Part shown: positions 17,925 through 28,014 of the stretch, piece after piece
Numbering within the stretch: the first letter of the stretch is position 1
Layout of the letters: each line of letters begins with the position of its first letter
Assembly: GCA_012800735.1 (NCBI GenBank)
Contig: JAAZIU010000023.1
Coordinates: 37,622-101,621 of the forward strand
Reading direction: 5' to 3'
From: Clostridiales bacterium
GTDB taxonomy: Bacteria; Bacillota; Clostridia; Oscillospirales; CAG-272
Length of the DNA stretch: 64,000 bases
The notes under the pieces: model-generated
Databases searched by the model: none
What the model was told of the DNA's origin: nothing
What the model saw: the letters and a program-made list of their open reading frames with translations, nothing else
Translations under genes and position numbers: made by a program

Positions 17925-19394
17925 ATGAAATTCTATTTTATCACCGGAGCGCAGGACCTTTACGGCGAAGAAACTCTTCGCCTTGTGGCAAAAAACAGTC
18001 GGGCTATCGTAAACGGACTGAACAAGGCGGGAACTTTACCTTTTAAACTTGAACTTAAAAACACCGCTATATCTGATTCGGCGATTACCAAAGTTATGCT
18101 TGAAGCCAACTCCGACTCCGACTGCGGCGGCGTAATTACCTGGATGCACACCTTCTCGCCCGCAAAAATGTGGATAGAGGGACTGCGGCTGCTCGACAAA
18201 CCCTACTTACACCTTCATACCCAGTTCAACCGCGAAATCCCTTGGGATGAAATCGATATGGATTTCATGAACCTGAACCAGTCAGCGCACGGCGACCGCG
18301 AACACGGCTTTATGGCAGCGAGGCTCAGAAAGCCGCATACCGTTGCCGCCGGTTATTGGAAAGACTCAGAAACTCAGGCGAAAATCGCCGATTTCATGGC
18401 AGCCGCCGCCGGAGTTATGGAAGGCAGAAAACTCCGCTGCGCCCGATTCGGCGACAACATGCGCAATGTCGCGGTAACAGAGGGCGACAAAATCGAAGCG
18501 CAGATAAAACTCGGCTGGCAGGTCAATTCCTGGGGAATCGGCGACCTATGCGATATGATGCGGGAAGTTCCGGACAAAGCTGTCGACGCGGAATTTGAAG
18601 CGGTATGCGAAAAATACGAGCTTTGCACCGACGATATATCCGAAGTGAAAAATCAGATCAGAATCGCCGCCGCTTTGCGCGGTTTCATGAAAGAGAACGA
18701 GATTACCGCATTTGTCACCGGCTTCCAGGACCTCCACGGCATGAAATCGCTCCCCGGAATGGCGTCTCAGCTCCTTATGGCGGAGGGCTTTGGTTTCGGC
18801 GCGGAAGGCGACTGGAAGACAGCCTGCCTGCTTCGAGTGATGAAGGTGATGGCGGAGGCGAAGAGGACCCCCGGCGGAACTACCTTCATGGAAGACTATA
18901 CTTATAACCTCAAAAAAGGCGACGAGACGGTTTTAGGCGCTCATATGCTGGAAGTCTGTCCCTCAATCGCCGCGGATAAGCCGAAAATCGAGGTTCATCC
19001 GCTCGGAATCGGCGGCAAAGAACCCCCGGCTCGTCTGGTTTTCGAATCGGGCGAGAGCGAAGCTGTCAATGTGACCTTAGTAGACATGGGCGGACGGCTG
19101 CGCATGATAGTTCAGGAGATAAGCACCATCCCGCCGATACATCATATGCCGAATCTGCCGGTTGCCGCTACGATGTGGCGTCCGAAGCCGGATATGCTCT
19201 CGGCAGCTGAAATGTATATATACAGCGGCGGCGCGCATCATTTCGTTTTAAGTCAGCAGCTTAGATACGCGGATATGGCGCGGTTCGCCGAAATGGTCGG
19301 CATCGAATGCGTCAGGATAGGCGACGGTGTCACGATGGAATCGCTGAAGCAGACGCTGCTGATAAACGAAGTCGCGTCCAGATTAGGTATTTGA
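17925..19394 (+). CDS. araA: L-arabinose isomerase
   Basis: HLHTQFN, NQSAHGDRE, GFGAEGDWK, HMLEVCP and GGAHH motifs. Confidence 0.95.
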   Translation: MKFYFITGAQDLYGEETLRLVAKNSRAIVNGLNKAGTLPFKLELKNTAISDSAITKVMLEANSDSDCGGVITWMHTFSPAKMWIEGLRLLDKPYLHLHTQFNREIPWDEIDMDFMNLNQSAHGDREHGFMAARLRKPHTVAAGYWKDSETQAKIADFMAAAAGVMEGRKLRCARFGDNMRNVAVTEGDKIEAQIKLGWQVNSWGIGDLCDMMREVPDKAVDAEFEAVCEKYELCTDDISEVKNQIRIAAALRGFMKENEITAFVTGFQDLHGMKSLPGMASQLLMAEGFGFGAEGDWKTACLLRVMKVMAEAKRTPGGTTFMEDYTYNLKKGDETVLGAHMLEVCPSIAADKPKIEVHPLGIGGKEPPARLVFESGESEAVNVTLVDMGGRLRMIVQEISTIPPIHHMPNLPVAATMWRPKPDMLSAAEMYIYSGGAHHFVLSQQLRYADMARFAEMVGIECVRIGDGVTMESLKQTLLINEVASRLGI

Positions 19395-19395
19395 T

Positions 19396-20094
19396 ATGAC
19401 TTTTGAATCGCTTCGGCGGGAATGTTGGGCGGCGAATATGGCGCTCAAAGAGGAAGGACTTATCGTCCTCACCTGGGGCAACGCCTCGCAGCTCGACCGG
19501 GAGAAAAAAGTCTTCGCAATAAAACCTTCCGGCGTCTCATATGACAGCCTAAAACCGGAGGATATTGTAATCGTAAACTTGGACGGAGAAACGGTCGACG
19601 GCTCTTTCCGTCCGTCTTCGGATACCCCAACTCACGCCGAGCTGTATAAGGCTTTTCCTTCTATCGGTGGTGTCGTTCACACTCACTCCCGCTACGCAAC
19701 GGCATGGGCTCAGGCAGGCAGAGACCTCCCCTGCCTCGGCACCACCCACGCCGACCTGTTTTACGGCTCGGTTCCCTGCACCCGACAGCTGAAAGACAGC
19801 GAAATCGCCGGCGAATACGAGAAAAATACCGGTCTTTTGATTGCCGAGACATTTAGGACAAGGCAGATATCCCCCTCTGATATCCCCGCCGTTCTTGTCG
19901 TGAGCCACGGTCCTTTCACATGGGGCAAAAACGCCGCCGACGCCGTCCATGCTGCCGTCACCCTTGAAGAATCGGCGGCGATGGCTGCGGCAACGGAAGC
20001 GCTGAATCCGGGGTTATCCCCGATAAAACAGTCGCTGCTTGACCGCCACTATCTTCGCAAGCATGGCAAAAACGCCTATTACGGCCAGAAATAA
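19396..20094 (+). CDS. araD: L-ribulose-5-phosphate 4-epimerase
   Basis: TWGNAS, IKPSGV, PSSDTPTH, VHTHS, HGPFTWG and YLRKHGKNAYYGQ motifs. Confidence 0.95.
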   Translation: MTFESLRRECWAANMALKEEGLIVLTWGNASQLDREKKVFAIKPSGVSYDSLKPEDIVIVNLDGETVDGSFRPSSDTPTHAELYKAFPSIGGVVHTHSRYATAWAQAGRDLPCLGTTHADLFYGSVPCTRQLKDSEIAGEYEKNTGLLIAETFRTRQISPSDIPAVLVVSHGPFTWGKNAADAVHAAVTLEESAAMAAATEALNPGLSPIKQSLLDRHYLRKHGKNAYYGQK

Positions 20095-20100
20095 TCATGT

Positions 20101-20130
20101 CCGGACACGAAAAAAAGTGTCCGGTTTTTT
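20101..20130 (+). terminator. Terminator of the sbcDC-araBAD unit
   Basis: ccggacac/gtgtccgg stem followed by tttttt. Confidence 0.8.
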
Positions 20131-20177
20131 GTATCGGAACTTAATTGTAAAATAATTAATAAACTTGACATTCCTCA

Positions 20178-20206
20178 TTGATTTTTAATTAATTTTCTGG
20201 TATAAT
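20178..20206 (+). promoter_or_regulatory. Sigma-A promoter of the SBP gene
   Basis: TTGATT-17bp-TATAAT; an additional TTGACA lies at 20165. Confidence 0.65.
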
Positions 20207-20247
20207 GATTTAGGTTATAATATCATAATTATTTTGGGGGTTTATTG

Positions 20248-21714
20248 ATGAAAAACAAGCTTATCGCGCTGCTTTTGCTTTTGGCCTTGCTGCTCACAGG
20301 CTGCGGCTCGGCGCAGGGGAGCGACGCTCCGCAGGATACAACGGCGGCGGAAACGGTTACTGAAACGGCGGAAACCGAAGATGAACAGAAAATCATAAAA
20401 GAGATTATCGCCGGCAAAGATTTCGGCGGTCGCGAGTTCAATATCGGCTGGTCTATTCAATACGGATTTAACGAAGTCGCTTTCACCCTTGAAGAAACTG
20501 CCGGAGATTCGATAAACGAAGCTGTATATGAACGGAATCGCCTGACGGAAGAGGCTCTTAATGTAAAAATAAAGGGTGGCAATCTCTGCGAAAATTGGGT
20601 AGATATATTATCGACCGTTCAGAAGATGATGAACGCCGGCGACTGTCCCTATGACGCTTTTTGCTGCTCTGTGTGGTTCATGTATCTCTGCTCGGTAAAC
20701 GGTTATCTTTATGAACTCAATGGTATTGATAATTTAGGACTTGAGAATGAATGGTGGGACGGCGATAAGCTTGATATGTACAGCCTCGGCAGCAAGTCTT
20801 TGTATTTTGTAAGCGGTGATATCAACTATTTAGACGACCTTTCGATATCCATCCTGCTCTTTAATAAAGTCATATGTGATAATGTCGGCATCGAATACCC
20901 CTATCAGACGGTACGCGACGGGAAATGGGTTCTCGACAGCTTATTTAAAATGGCGACTTCCTACGGCTCGGACATTGACGGTGACGGCGAATACACCACA
21001 AACGACACCTACGGCTTTTTAGAAAACGCCGGAGTCTTCAATCGCCTTATCTCCGGCTGCGGCGAAGGAATCATCAAAGTGGAAACAGACGGCAGCGTTG
21101 TGTTGAATCAAAGCGAAAAGATGATGGAAGTTTTCGAGCGGATGAGAAACAATCTCACTGCGAAAAGCATTAAAACGACCGTCATCGCAGATCGTGAGAT
21201 TGACAACCACGCAGTACACGATATGTTCTCAAACGGACAGGCGCTTATATCCTCAAATCAGGTCAACGCCGTCTTTGGTTTGCGGCAGGGAATGGAAGAT
21301 GACTTCGGCATCATCCCGTTCCCGAAATACGACGAGGCTCAGAGCGAATATTTCAACCTTTACAGCACGGCGTCCGGCTCCTGTTATGCAATTCCGGTGA
21401 CGAATACCGAATTGGAAGACACCGGACTTATCCTGAATGTTATGGGCTATTATTCTCAGGACACCATTTATCCGGCGGTTATTGACAAAAACGTTTTGAT
21501 AAAAGGTACCCGCGACGAAGAATCCGCCGAGATGCTTGAGCTTATCTTTACGACGAAATTCTATGATTTGGGTCAATGGGGAAGCGATGTTTACGGCAGT
21601 ATATGTGAACTTATAATCAAAGATAAGGACAATATCGCCTCTCTTCTGGCAAAAATGGAAAAAAAGACCCAGAAGCAGTTCGCCCCTATACAGGAATATT
21701 ACAAATTCGGCTGA
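20248..21714 (+). CDS. Extracellular solute-binding lipoprotein (carbohydrate ABC SBP family 1-like), monocistronic
   Basis: Lipobox LTGC, Thr/Glu linker, EAVYERN, W-LDSL, DIDGDG and FGIIPFPKYDE motifs. Confidence 0.85.
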   Translation: MKNKLIALLLLLALLLTGCGSAQGSDAPQDTTAAETVTETAETEDEQKIIKEIIAGKDFGGREFNIGWSIQYGFNEVAFTLEETAGDSINEAVYERNRLTEEALNVKIKGGNLCENWVDILSTVQKMMNAGDCPYDAFCCSVWFMYLCSVNGYLYELNGIDNLGLENEWWDGDKLDMYSLGSKSLYFVSGDINYLDDLSISILLFNKVICDNVGIEYPYQTVRDGKWVLDSLFKMATSYGSDIDGDGEYTTNDTYGFLENAGVFNRLISGCGEGIIKVETDGSVVLNQSEKMMEVFERMRNNLTAKSIKTTVIADREIDNHAVHDMFSNGQALISSNQVNAVFGLRQGMEDDFGIIPFPKYDEAQSEYFNLYSTASGSCYAIPVTNTELEDTGLILNVMGYYSQDTIYPAVIDKNVLIKGTRDEESAEMLELIFTTKFYDLGQWGSDVYGSICELIIKDKDNIASLLAKMEKKTQKQFAPIQEYYKFG

Positions 21715-21752
21715 GACGCCGGATTGACGCATAAAACGACAAACTATCCCAT

Positions 21753-21787
21753 CTCCGCAGGCATCTTCCGGTGCCTGCGGAGTTTTT
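21753..21787 (+). terminator. Intrinsic terminator
   Basis: ctccgcaggcat/gtgcctgcggag stem followed by ttttt. Confidence 0.8.
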
Positions 21788-21855
21788 ATCTTCCGATTGT
21801 ATAATATTTCACATATTATCTGAAGAATAGAGCTGTTAATTTTTACATTATGCCG

Positions 21856-21885
21856 TTGAAAATACTGCCCCTAATATGTTATAAT
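21856..21885 (+). promoter_or_regulatory. Promoter of the PHP-cys operon
   Basis: TTGAAA-18bp-TATAAT with TG. Confidence 0.55.
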
Positions 21886-21921
21886 GTAACTTGAATTATT
21901 GAAAAATTTGAGGAATAAATA

Positions 21922-22818
21922 ATGTATACCGATGAAAAAGGCTTCGTCTGGTACAAAGGCAATATCCATACCCATACCACCCGCAGCGACGGCAAACGCA
22001 GCCCCGATGAAGTGATAGATATTTACGCGGACAACGGCTATGATTTTCTTGTCCTAACCGACCATTGGCGGCAGTCCCCCGACAACGAGTCGGAACGACT
22101 GCTGACGATTCCCGGAATTGAGCTTGATTGCTCGCCGAATGTGCTTGACGGTATCTTCCATATCGTCGGCGTCGGGATGGATAAAGAAGTCGATACGTCA
22201 AAGCGCGGAATCGGAGCGCAGGAAATGATAGATGAAATCCGCCGATGCGGAGGCGCCGCGATACTCGCGCATCCCGCGTGGTCTCTCAACACTCCGGAAA
22301 TGATCCTTCCCCTAAAAAACATATGCGCGCTGGAGATATACAACACCGTTTCCGACAAGCCGCACAACGCCCGTCCCGATTCATCGCTGATATCCGACAT
22401 GCTCTCCTCCCGCGGGCGAATGATTCCGGTCGTCGCTACCGATGACGCGCATTTTTACGACGGGGATCAGTGCAAAAGTTTTATTTACCTCAAAACCGAT
22501 GTTCTCGACAGGCGGCATATCGTTGCCGCCCTTGAGCAAGGTAACTTTTACGCAAGCCAGGGACCGCGTTTTTCGTATGAATTTTCCGCCGATAAAAAAA
22601 GTATAAAGGTCAGATGCGCCGACGCCCGTGAAGTTGCTTTCTTTTCAGACGCTGTCTGGTCGGCCGATCGGGTATTCTGTGAAGCAAAAGGGAATAAACT
22701 GCCGATAAATGAAGCAGAATATCGCTTCAAATCAAACGAAACCTTTATTCGCTTCGAAATCACCGATTTTGAAGGCAGGAAAGCCTGGTCGTCTCCGATA
22801 AGCCTTTCTGATTTCTGA
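21922..22818 (+). CDS. PHP-domain metallohydrolase (CehA/McbA-like), copy 1
   Basis: GNIHTHTTRSDG, LTDH, GIE, LAHP and TDDAH metal-binding motifs. Confidence 0.85.
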   Translation: MYTDEKGFVWYKGNIHTHTTRSDGKRSPDEVIDIYADNGYDFLVLTDHWRQSPDNESERLLTIPGIELDCSPNVLDGIFHIVGVGMDKEVDTSKRGIGAQEMIDEIRRCGGAAILAHPAWSLNTPEMILPLKNICALEIYNTVSDKPHNARPDSSLISDMLSSRGRMIPVVATDDAHFYDGDQCKSFIYLKTDVLDRRHIVAALEQGNFYASQGPRFSYEFSADKKSIKVRCADAREVAFFSDAVWSADRVFCEAKGNKLPINEAEYRFKSNETFIRFEITDFEGRKAWSSPISLSDF

Positions 22819-22827
22819 GGAATTATA

Positions 22828-23721
22828 ATGTATACCGACGAAAAAGGCTTCACCTGGTACAAAGGCAGTCTCCACACCCATACCACCCGCAGCGACGGCA
22901 GTCTCACTCCCGACGAAGTAATAGATATTTACGCCGACAAGGATTTTGATTTTCTTGTTTTTGCCGATCACTTATATCAGTCCCAAGACAACGAGTCGGA
23001 GCGGCTGCTGACCGTCTCCGGAATTGAGATTCATACTTCAACCGATGTGCGGGAAGGTCACTTTCATATTGTCGGCGTCGGGATGGACAAAGAAATCGAC
23101 GTGCCGAATTGCCGCGAAAGCGTTCAGGACGCGATAGACGAGATTAACCGCTGCGGAGGAGCCGCGATACTTGCGCATCCCGCGTGGTCGCTCAACTCAC
23201 CGGCGATGATTCTTAATCTTGAAAACATCTGCGCGATGGAAGTATATACCACCCTCAGCGCAAAGCCGTACGGCGTCCGCCCCGATTCCTCGATGATATC
23301 CGATCTGGTCTCAACTCAGGGGCGCCTCATCCCGCTGGTAGCCGTCGACGACGCGCACGTATATGAAGGAGAGCAGGGAGTCAGCTTTATCTGGCTCAAA
23401 GCCGACGTCCTTGATAAGCAGCATGTATTGTCCGCTCTCAGACAGGGAGATTTTTACGCAAGTCAGGGGCCGCGGTTTTCGTATGAGTTTTCCCCCGACA
23501 AAAAGAGCATAAAGGTCAGATGCACCGACGCGCGCGAAGTCGTCTTCTTTTCCGACGCGCTCGGCTCCGACCGCGTGTTCGGCAAAGAAAAGGGGGACAC
23601 GCCCCCGATAAACGAAGTCGTATACCATTTTGTCTCAAGCGAAAGCTTTGTCCGATTCGAGATTACCGATTTTGAAGGCAGAAAAGCCTGGTCGTCTCCG
23701 ATAAGCCTTTCGGATATCTGA
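22828..23721 (+). CDS. PHP-domain metallohydrolase (CehA/McbA-like), copy 2
   Basis: GSLHTHTTRSDG, ADH, LAHP and VDDAH motifs; tandem paralog of the previous gene. Confidence 0.85.
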   Translation: MYTDEKGFTWYKGSLHTHTTRSDGSLTPDEVIDIYADKDFDFLVFADHLYQSQDNESERLLTVSGIEIHTSTDVREGHFHIVGVGMDKEIDVPNCRESVQDAIDEINRCGGAAILAHPAWSLNSPAMILNLENICAMEVYTTLSAKPYGVRPDSSMISDLVSTQGRLIPLVAVDDAHVYEGEQGVSFIWLKADVLDKQHVLSALRQGDFYASQGPRFSYEFSPDKKSIKVRCTDAREVVFFSDALGSDRVFGKEKGDTPPINEVVYHFVSSESFVRFEITDFEGRKAWSSPISLSDI

Positions 23722-23735
23722 TTCCGGAGAAAAAT

Positions 23736-25136
23736 ATGTCTGAAAACATTTTTTATACAAAAGACGCCGTCACCTCATTCGAGCGACAAGCGGAAATGGG
23801 TCAGAAACCGTGCGTTTTCTGGTTCTGCGGTCTTTCCGGTTCCGGGAAGACGACGGTTGCGAAAGCTTGTGAGAAACAGCTTCACGCGCACGGCTTCAAA
23901 AGTTATCTTTTGGACGGCGACAATTTGCGCCACGGTCTCAACTCGGACTTGGGCTTTTCCGACGCCGACCGCCGCGAGAACATCCGCCGCGCAGCCGAAA
24001 CCGCCGCGCTTATGGCAAAAGCCGGACTTGTTGTCCTTGTTTCGGCGATAACGCCTACCCATGAGCTTCAGGATATGGCGCGAAAGATTGTTTCAGCCGA
24101 AAACGATTTTATTTTATGTCATGTTTCAACTCCTCTCGAAGTTTGCATGGAACGCGATCCGAAGGGACTTTACAAAAAAGCGCTCTCCGGCGAGATAAAA
24201 GACTTCACCGGCATCGACGCGCCGTTTGATGCGCCGATATCGCCGGAAGTTATTTTCGATACCTCCGAAAAATCCGTCGACGCCTGCGCGGACGAAGTCA
24301 TGTCAAAGATCCTGGACTTGCAGCTCGATGCGGAAGACACGGCCGAAAAGCTTTGTCAAATCTCGGTCGAAGCCGGAGAGGCGATAATGGAAGTCTACGG
24401 CAGCGACGGTTTCAACATCGAAACCAAAGACGACAGAACTCCCGTCACCGCCGCCGACAAGCGCAGCAACGCCGTTATAGTCTCCGCTCTTAACCGCCTG
24501 TGGCCGGAGATATCGGTGCTCGCCGAGGAGTCGGAGGACGATATAACCCGCCTCCGTCGCCGCTGGTGTTTCGTCGTCGACCCGCTTGACGGCACAAAGG
24601 AATTTATCAGCCGCAACGGGGAGTTTACCGTTAATATCGCCCTTGTCTTCGACGGCAATCCCGTTATAGGCGTGATTTATGTTCCGGTAACCGGCGAGCT
24701 GTATAAAGGCATCAACTGGCGAGGCGTTCGCCGCGCCGAGCGAAGCCGTTTATCCGTCGGAACTGAAACGCTATCCGAGCCGCCGCGCGAAATCAAAGTC
24801 TCCGACAGAACCGACGAGCTTGTTGTAATGCAGAGCCGCAGTTTCGGTTCCGACCGTCTTGACGCGCTTCTTGAAAAGAACGCAAACCGTATCTCAAAAA
24901 CCATAAGCTCGGGCAGTTCCTTAAAAGGCTGCCGCATAGCCGACGGACGCGCCGACATCTATTACCGCTTCGGGCTTACCCATGAATGGGACACCGCCGC
25001 AATGCAGTGCATAGTCGAAGCAGCCGGCGGAATATTCCGTCAGATGCACGGTCAGAAGATGACATATAACCGCCCCGACACTCTCAACCGCGACGGATTT
25101 TACATCCTTAACCGCCCGGAAAACGCGCTTGAGTGA
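23736..25136 (+). CDS. Fusion of adenylyl-sulfate kinase (CysC) and 3'(2'),5'-bisphosphate nucleotidase (CysQ)
   Basis: N-terminal half: GLSGSGKTT, LLDGDNLRHGLNSDLGFS, RDPKGLYKKA, FTGIDAPF. C-terminal half: PVTAAD, LAEES, VVDPLDGTKEF, EWDTAA. Single uninterrupted frame. Confidence 0.92.
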   Translation: MSENIFYTKDAVTSFERQAEMGQKPCVFWFCGLSGSGKTTVAKACEKQLHAHGFKSYLLDGDNLRHGLNSDLGFSDADRRENIRRAAETAALMAKAGLVVLVSAITPTHELQDMARKIVSAENDFILCHVSTPLEVCMERDPKGLYKKALSGEIKDFTGIDAPFDAPISPEVIFDTSEKSVDACADEVMSKILDLQLDAEDTAEKLCQISVEAGEAIMEVYGSDGFNIETKDDRTPVTAADKRSNAVIVSALNRLWPEISVLAEESEDDITRLRRRWCFVVDPLDGTKEFISRNGEFTVNIALVFDGNPVIGVIYVPVTGELYKGINWRGVRRAERSRLSVGTETLSEPPREIKVSDRTDELVVMQSRSFGSDRLDALLEKNANRISKTISSGSSLKGCRIADGRADIYYRFGLTHEWDTAAMQCIVEAAGGIFRQMHGQKMTYNRPDTLNRDGFYILNRPENALE

Positions 25137-25176
25137 TCGGAACAAAACGATAAAACAAATCACGGAGGATTCATAA

Positions 25177-26097
25177 ATGGCGGAATCCCGCAGAACATAC
25201 GACAAAGCCGCCTATGAAGCGCATCTTGTCGAGCTGGAAAATAAAAGCGTCTACCTCTTGCGCGAAGCATACGCAAACTTCAAGGAGCTATGTATGCTCT
25301 GGAGTATCGGCAAAGATTCGACAGTAATGCTCTGGCTTGCGCGCAAGGCTTTTTACGGTCATGTTCCTTTCCCCCTCGTTCATGTCGACACACACTTTAA
25401 AATCCCGGAGATGATCGAATACCGTGACCGCCTCGCCCGCGAATGGCGCATCGATATGATCTACGGTGAAAACAGAGCCGCTCTCGATGCGAAGGAAACT
25501 TTCCCGGATGGCCGTCTCAACCACATCGAGTGCTGCCGCAAACTCAAGACAGAAGGTCTTGCTCACACTCTCGCCGGCGACTGGCCGCGTTATCGTATGA
25601 ATCACGACACCGGGCGCTACGAAGTAGACAGCAACACCGAACCTTATACCGGCGTTATAGTCGGCGTTCGCGCCGACGAAGAGGGCAGCCGTTCAAAAGA
25701 ACGTTATTTCAGCCCCCGCGATAAAAACAACGACTGGGATGTCGGCGATCAGCCTCCGGAATTCTGGGGACAGTATAAAACCGACTTCGCTCCCGGAACC
25801 CACGTCCGCATCCATCCCCTGCTTGACTGGACCGAGCTCGATATCTGGGAATACATCCGCCGCGAGTCTATCCCCGTCGTCTCCCTCTATTTCGATCAGG
25901 GCAACGGCACCCGCTACCGTTCATTGGGCTGCGCGCCCTGCACCACTCCGGTCGAATCTGACGCCAAGAACCTTGACGATATCATCGAAGAGCTCAGGAC
26001 CGGCAAATTCTCGAACATCGCCGAACGCAGCGGCCGCGAGCAGGATAAAGAAGACGGCGGCGGGCTTGAAGAACTCCGCAAAGACGGCTATATGTAA
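25177..26097 (+). CDS. cysD: Sulfate adenylyltransferase subunit 2
   Basis: [44 protein letters not shown] and ERSGR motifs. Confidence 0.95.
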   Translation: MAESRRTYDKAAYEAHLVELENKSVYLLREAYANFKELCMLWSIGKDSTVMLWLARKAFYGHVPFPLVHVDTHFKIPEMIEYRDRLAREWRIDMIYGENRAALDAKETFPDGRLNHIECCRKLKTEGLAHTLAGDWPRYRMNHDTGRYEVDSNTEPYTGVIVGVRADEEGSRSKERYFSPRDKNNDWDVGDQPPEFWGQYKTDFAPGTHVRIHPLLDWTELDIWEYIRRESIPVVSLYFDQGNGTRYRSLGCAPCTTPVESDAKNLDDIIEELRTGKFSNIAERSGREQDKEDGGGLEELRKDGYM

Positions 26098-26137
26098 AGA
26101 ACGGTTCGCTTAATTAGAATAATATCGGTTAATTTAT

Positions 26138-27925
26138 ATGAATATTGTAATTGTAGGGCATGTTGACCACGGCAAGAGCACAGTCATTGGCAGGCTTCTG
26201 GCGGATACCGATTCGCTTCCGCAGGGCAAGCTGGAACAGGTACGCGAGATGTGCCGCCGCAACTCAAAACCCTTTGAATACGCATTTTTGCTTGACGCGC
26301 TCAAGGATGAGCGCAGCCAGGGCATCACAATCGACGTTGCGCGCTGCTTCTTCAAGACGGCAAAGCGGGATTACCTGATAATCGACGCTCCCGGGCATAT
26401 CGAATTTTTAAAGAATATGATTACCGGCGCATCCCGCGCCGAAGCCGCGCTGCTTGTAATCGACGCAAACGAAGGCGTCCGCGAAAATTCCCGCCGTCAC
26501 GGTTATATGCTCAAGATGCTGGGAATAAAGCAGGTCGCGGTTCTTGTAAACAAGATGGATCTTGCCGATTATTCGGAAGAGGTCTTTGGTTCGATAGAAT
26601 CGGAATACCGCAGCTTCCTTGAAGAGATAGGAATTCAGGCAAAATCCTTTATTCCGGTATCGGCAATGCAGGGAGACAATATCGCCGCGCAAAGCTCGGA
26701 AATGACATGGTATACGGGCAGGACCGTTCTTGAAGAGCTTGATAACTTTGAAGAGCGGGAATCCGAGGCAGATAATCTTCCTTTCAGAATGCCGGTTCAG
26801 GATGTTTACAGATTTACTTCATCCGGCGACGACCGCCGCATCATCGCGGGCACCGTAGAGAGCGGTAAACTTAAAGTCGGAGACGAATGCGTCTTTTATC
26901 CGTCCGGAAAACACACCCATGTCGCGACTTTCGAACATTTCGGCGCCGGGAAAGCCCCGGAAGAGATAAAAACGGATATGGCCGCCGGCTTTACCATGAC
27001 CGAGCAGATATATATCCGCCGCGGGGAGATTTGCTGTATTTCCGGAGAAAAAACTCCGAATGTCGGGACCTCGTTTGTCGCGTCTGTCTTCTGGCTGGGA
27101 CTTTCCCCGATGGTAAAAGACAAAAAATACCTTCTTAAAATAGGCGCCGCAAAGGTATCCTGCCGGCTGAAAGAGATAATCTCTACCCTTGACGCCTCGA
27201 CTCTTGACCGCGGCAAGAAAGACAAAATCGACCGCCATGACGTCGCCGAATGTATAATCGAATGTTCAAAACCCGTCGCTTTCGACCTGACATCGGAAAT
27301 GCCGAAAACCAGCCGCTTTGTTCTTGTGGATGATTATGAGATTTCCGGCGGCGGCATAATCACGGCAGAGATAGAGAAGACCGGAATACCGGATGTCGCG
27401 CGTGACCTTGCAATACGCCGCAACGAAAAGTGGGAGATAAGCTCGATCTCATCCGAACGCCGCGCCAAGCGCTTCGGTCAGCAGCCGGGAATAGTCATCA
27501 TTACCGGATATCAGTATATCGGCAAAAAAGCGATAGCGAAAGAACTCGAACGCGAGCTTTGGGACGCCGGTCGACAGGTCTATTTTCTCGGCATCGGCAA
27601 CCTGCTTTACGGTGTTGCCGGTGAGATAAAAGTAGAAGGCGAGATACCCGCCCGATATGAGCATATCCGTCGTCTCGGCGAAGTTGCAAACATAATGATG
27701 GACTCAGGAATGCTGTTGCTTGTCACCTGCGCCGAATTCACCGAAAACGATATGGAGGTGCTGGAGGCGACGGTCGACACCGAACACATCCACACAGTCT
27801 GGCTCGGCGACAAAGTTACCACCGACATAGAGCCGGAACTGATAATCAGCGACGCCTCCGACAGAGGGGCGACGGCAGCGCGCATCAGAAACTTTATGGC
27901 TGAGCGCGGATTGATTTTTATATAA
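26138..27925 (+). CDS. cysN: Sulfate adenylyltransferase subunit 1 with a degenerate C-terminal APS-kinase domain
   Basis: [23 protein letters not shown] and NKMD GTPase motifs. The C-terminal CysC-like domain has the altered P-loop GYQYIGKK. Confidence 0.93.
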   Translation: MNIVIVGHVDHGKSTVIGRLLADTDSLPQGKLEQVREMCRRNSKPFEYAFLLDALKDERSQGITIDVARCFFKTAKRDYLIIDAPGHIEFLKNMITGASRAEAALLVIDANEGVRENSRRHGYMLKMLGIKQVAVLVNKMDLADYSEEVFGSIESEYRSFLEEIGIQAKSFIPVSAMQGDNIAAQSSEMTWYTGRTVLEELDNFEERESEADNLPFRMPVQDVYRFTSSGDDRRIIAGTVESGKLKVGDECVFYPSGKHTHVATFEHFGAGKAPEEIKTDMAAGFTMTEQIYIRRGEICCISGEKTPNVGTSFVASVFWLGLSPMVKDKKYLLKIGAAKVSCRLKEIISTLDASTLDRGKKDKIDRHDVAECIIECSKPVAFDLTSEMPKTSRFVLVDDYEISGGGIITAEIEKTGIPDVARDLAIRRNEKWEISSISSERRAKRFGQQPGIVIITGYQYIGKKAIAKELERELWDAGRQVYFLGIGNLLYGVAGEIKVEGEIPARYEHIRRLGEVANIMMDSGMLLLVTCAEFTENDMEVLEATVDTEHIHTVWLGDKVTTDIEPELIISDASDRGATAARIRNFMAERGLIFI

Positions 27926-28014
27926 ATTTGTTTATTCGAAAAAAGTTAAATAATAAAGGCTGGCGGGAGAGGCGCCTTTATTAAAACAAGGGCTCTCCCA
28001 ATGACATAATAATC

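Noticed and set aside
27926-28014. Lysine riboswitch upstream of aspartokinase
   Set aside because: The gap is only 89 bp and lacks the L-box consensus.
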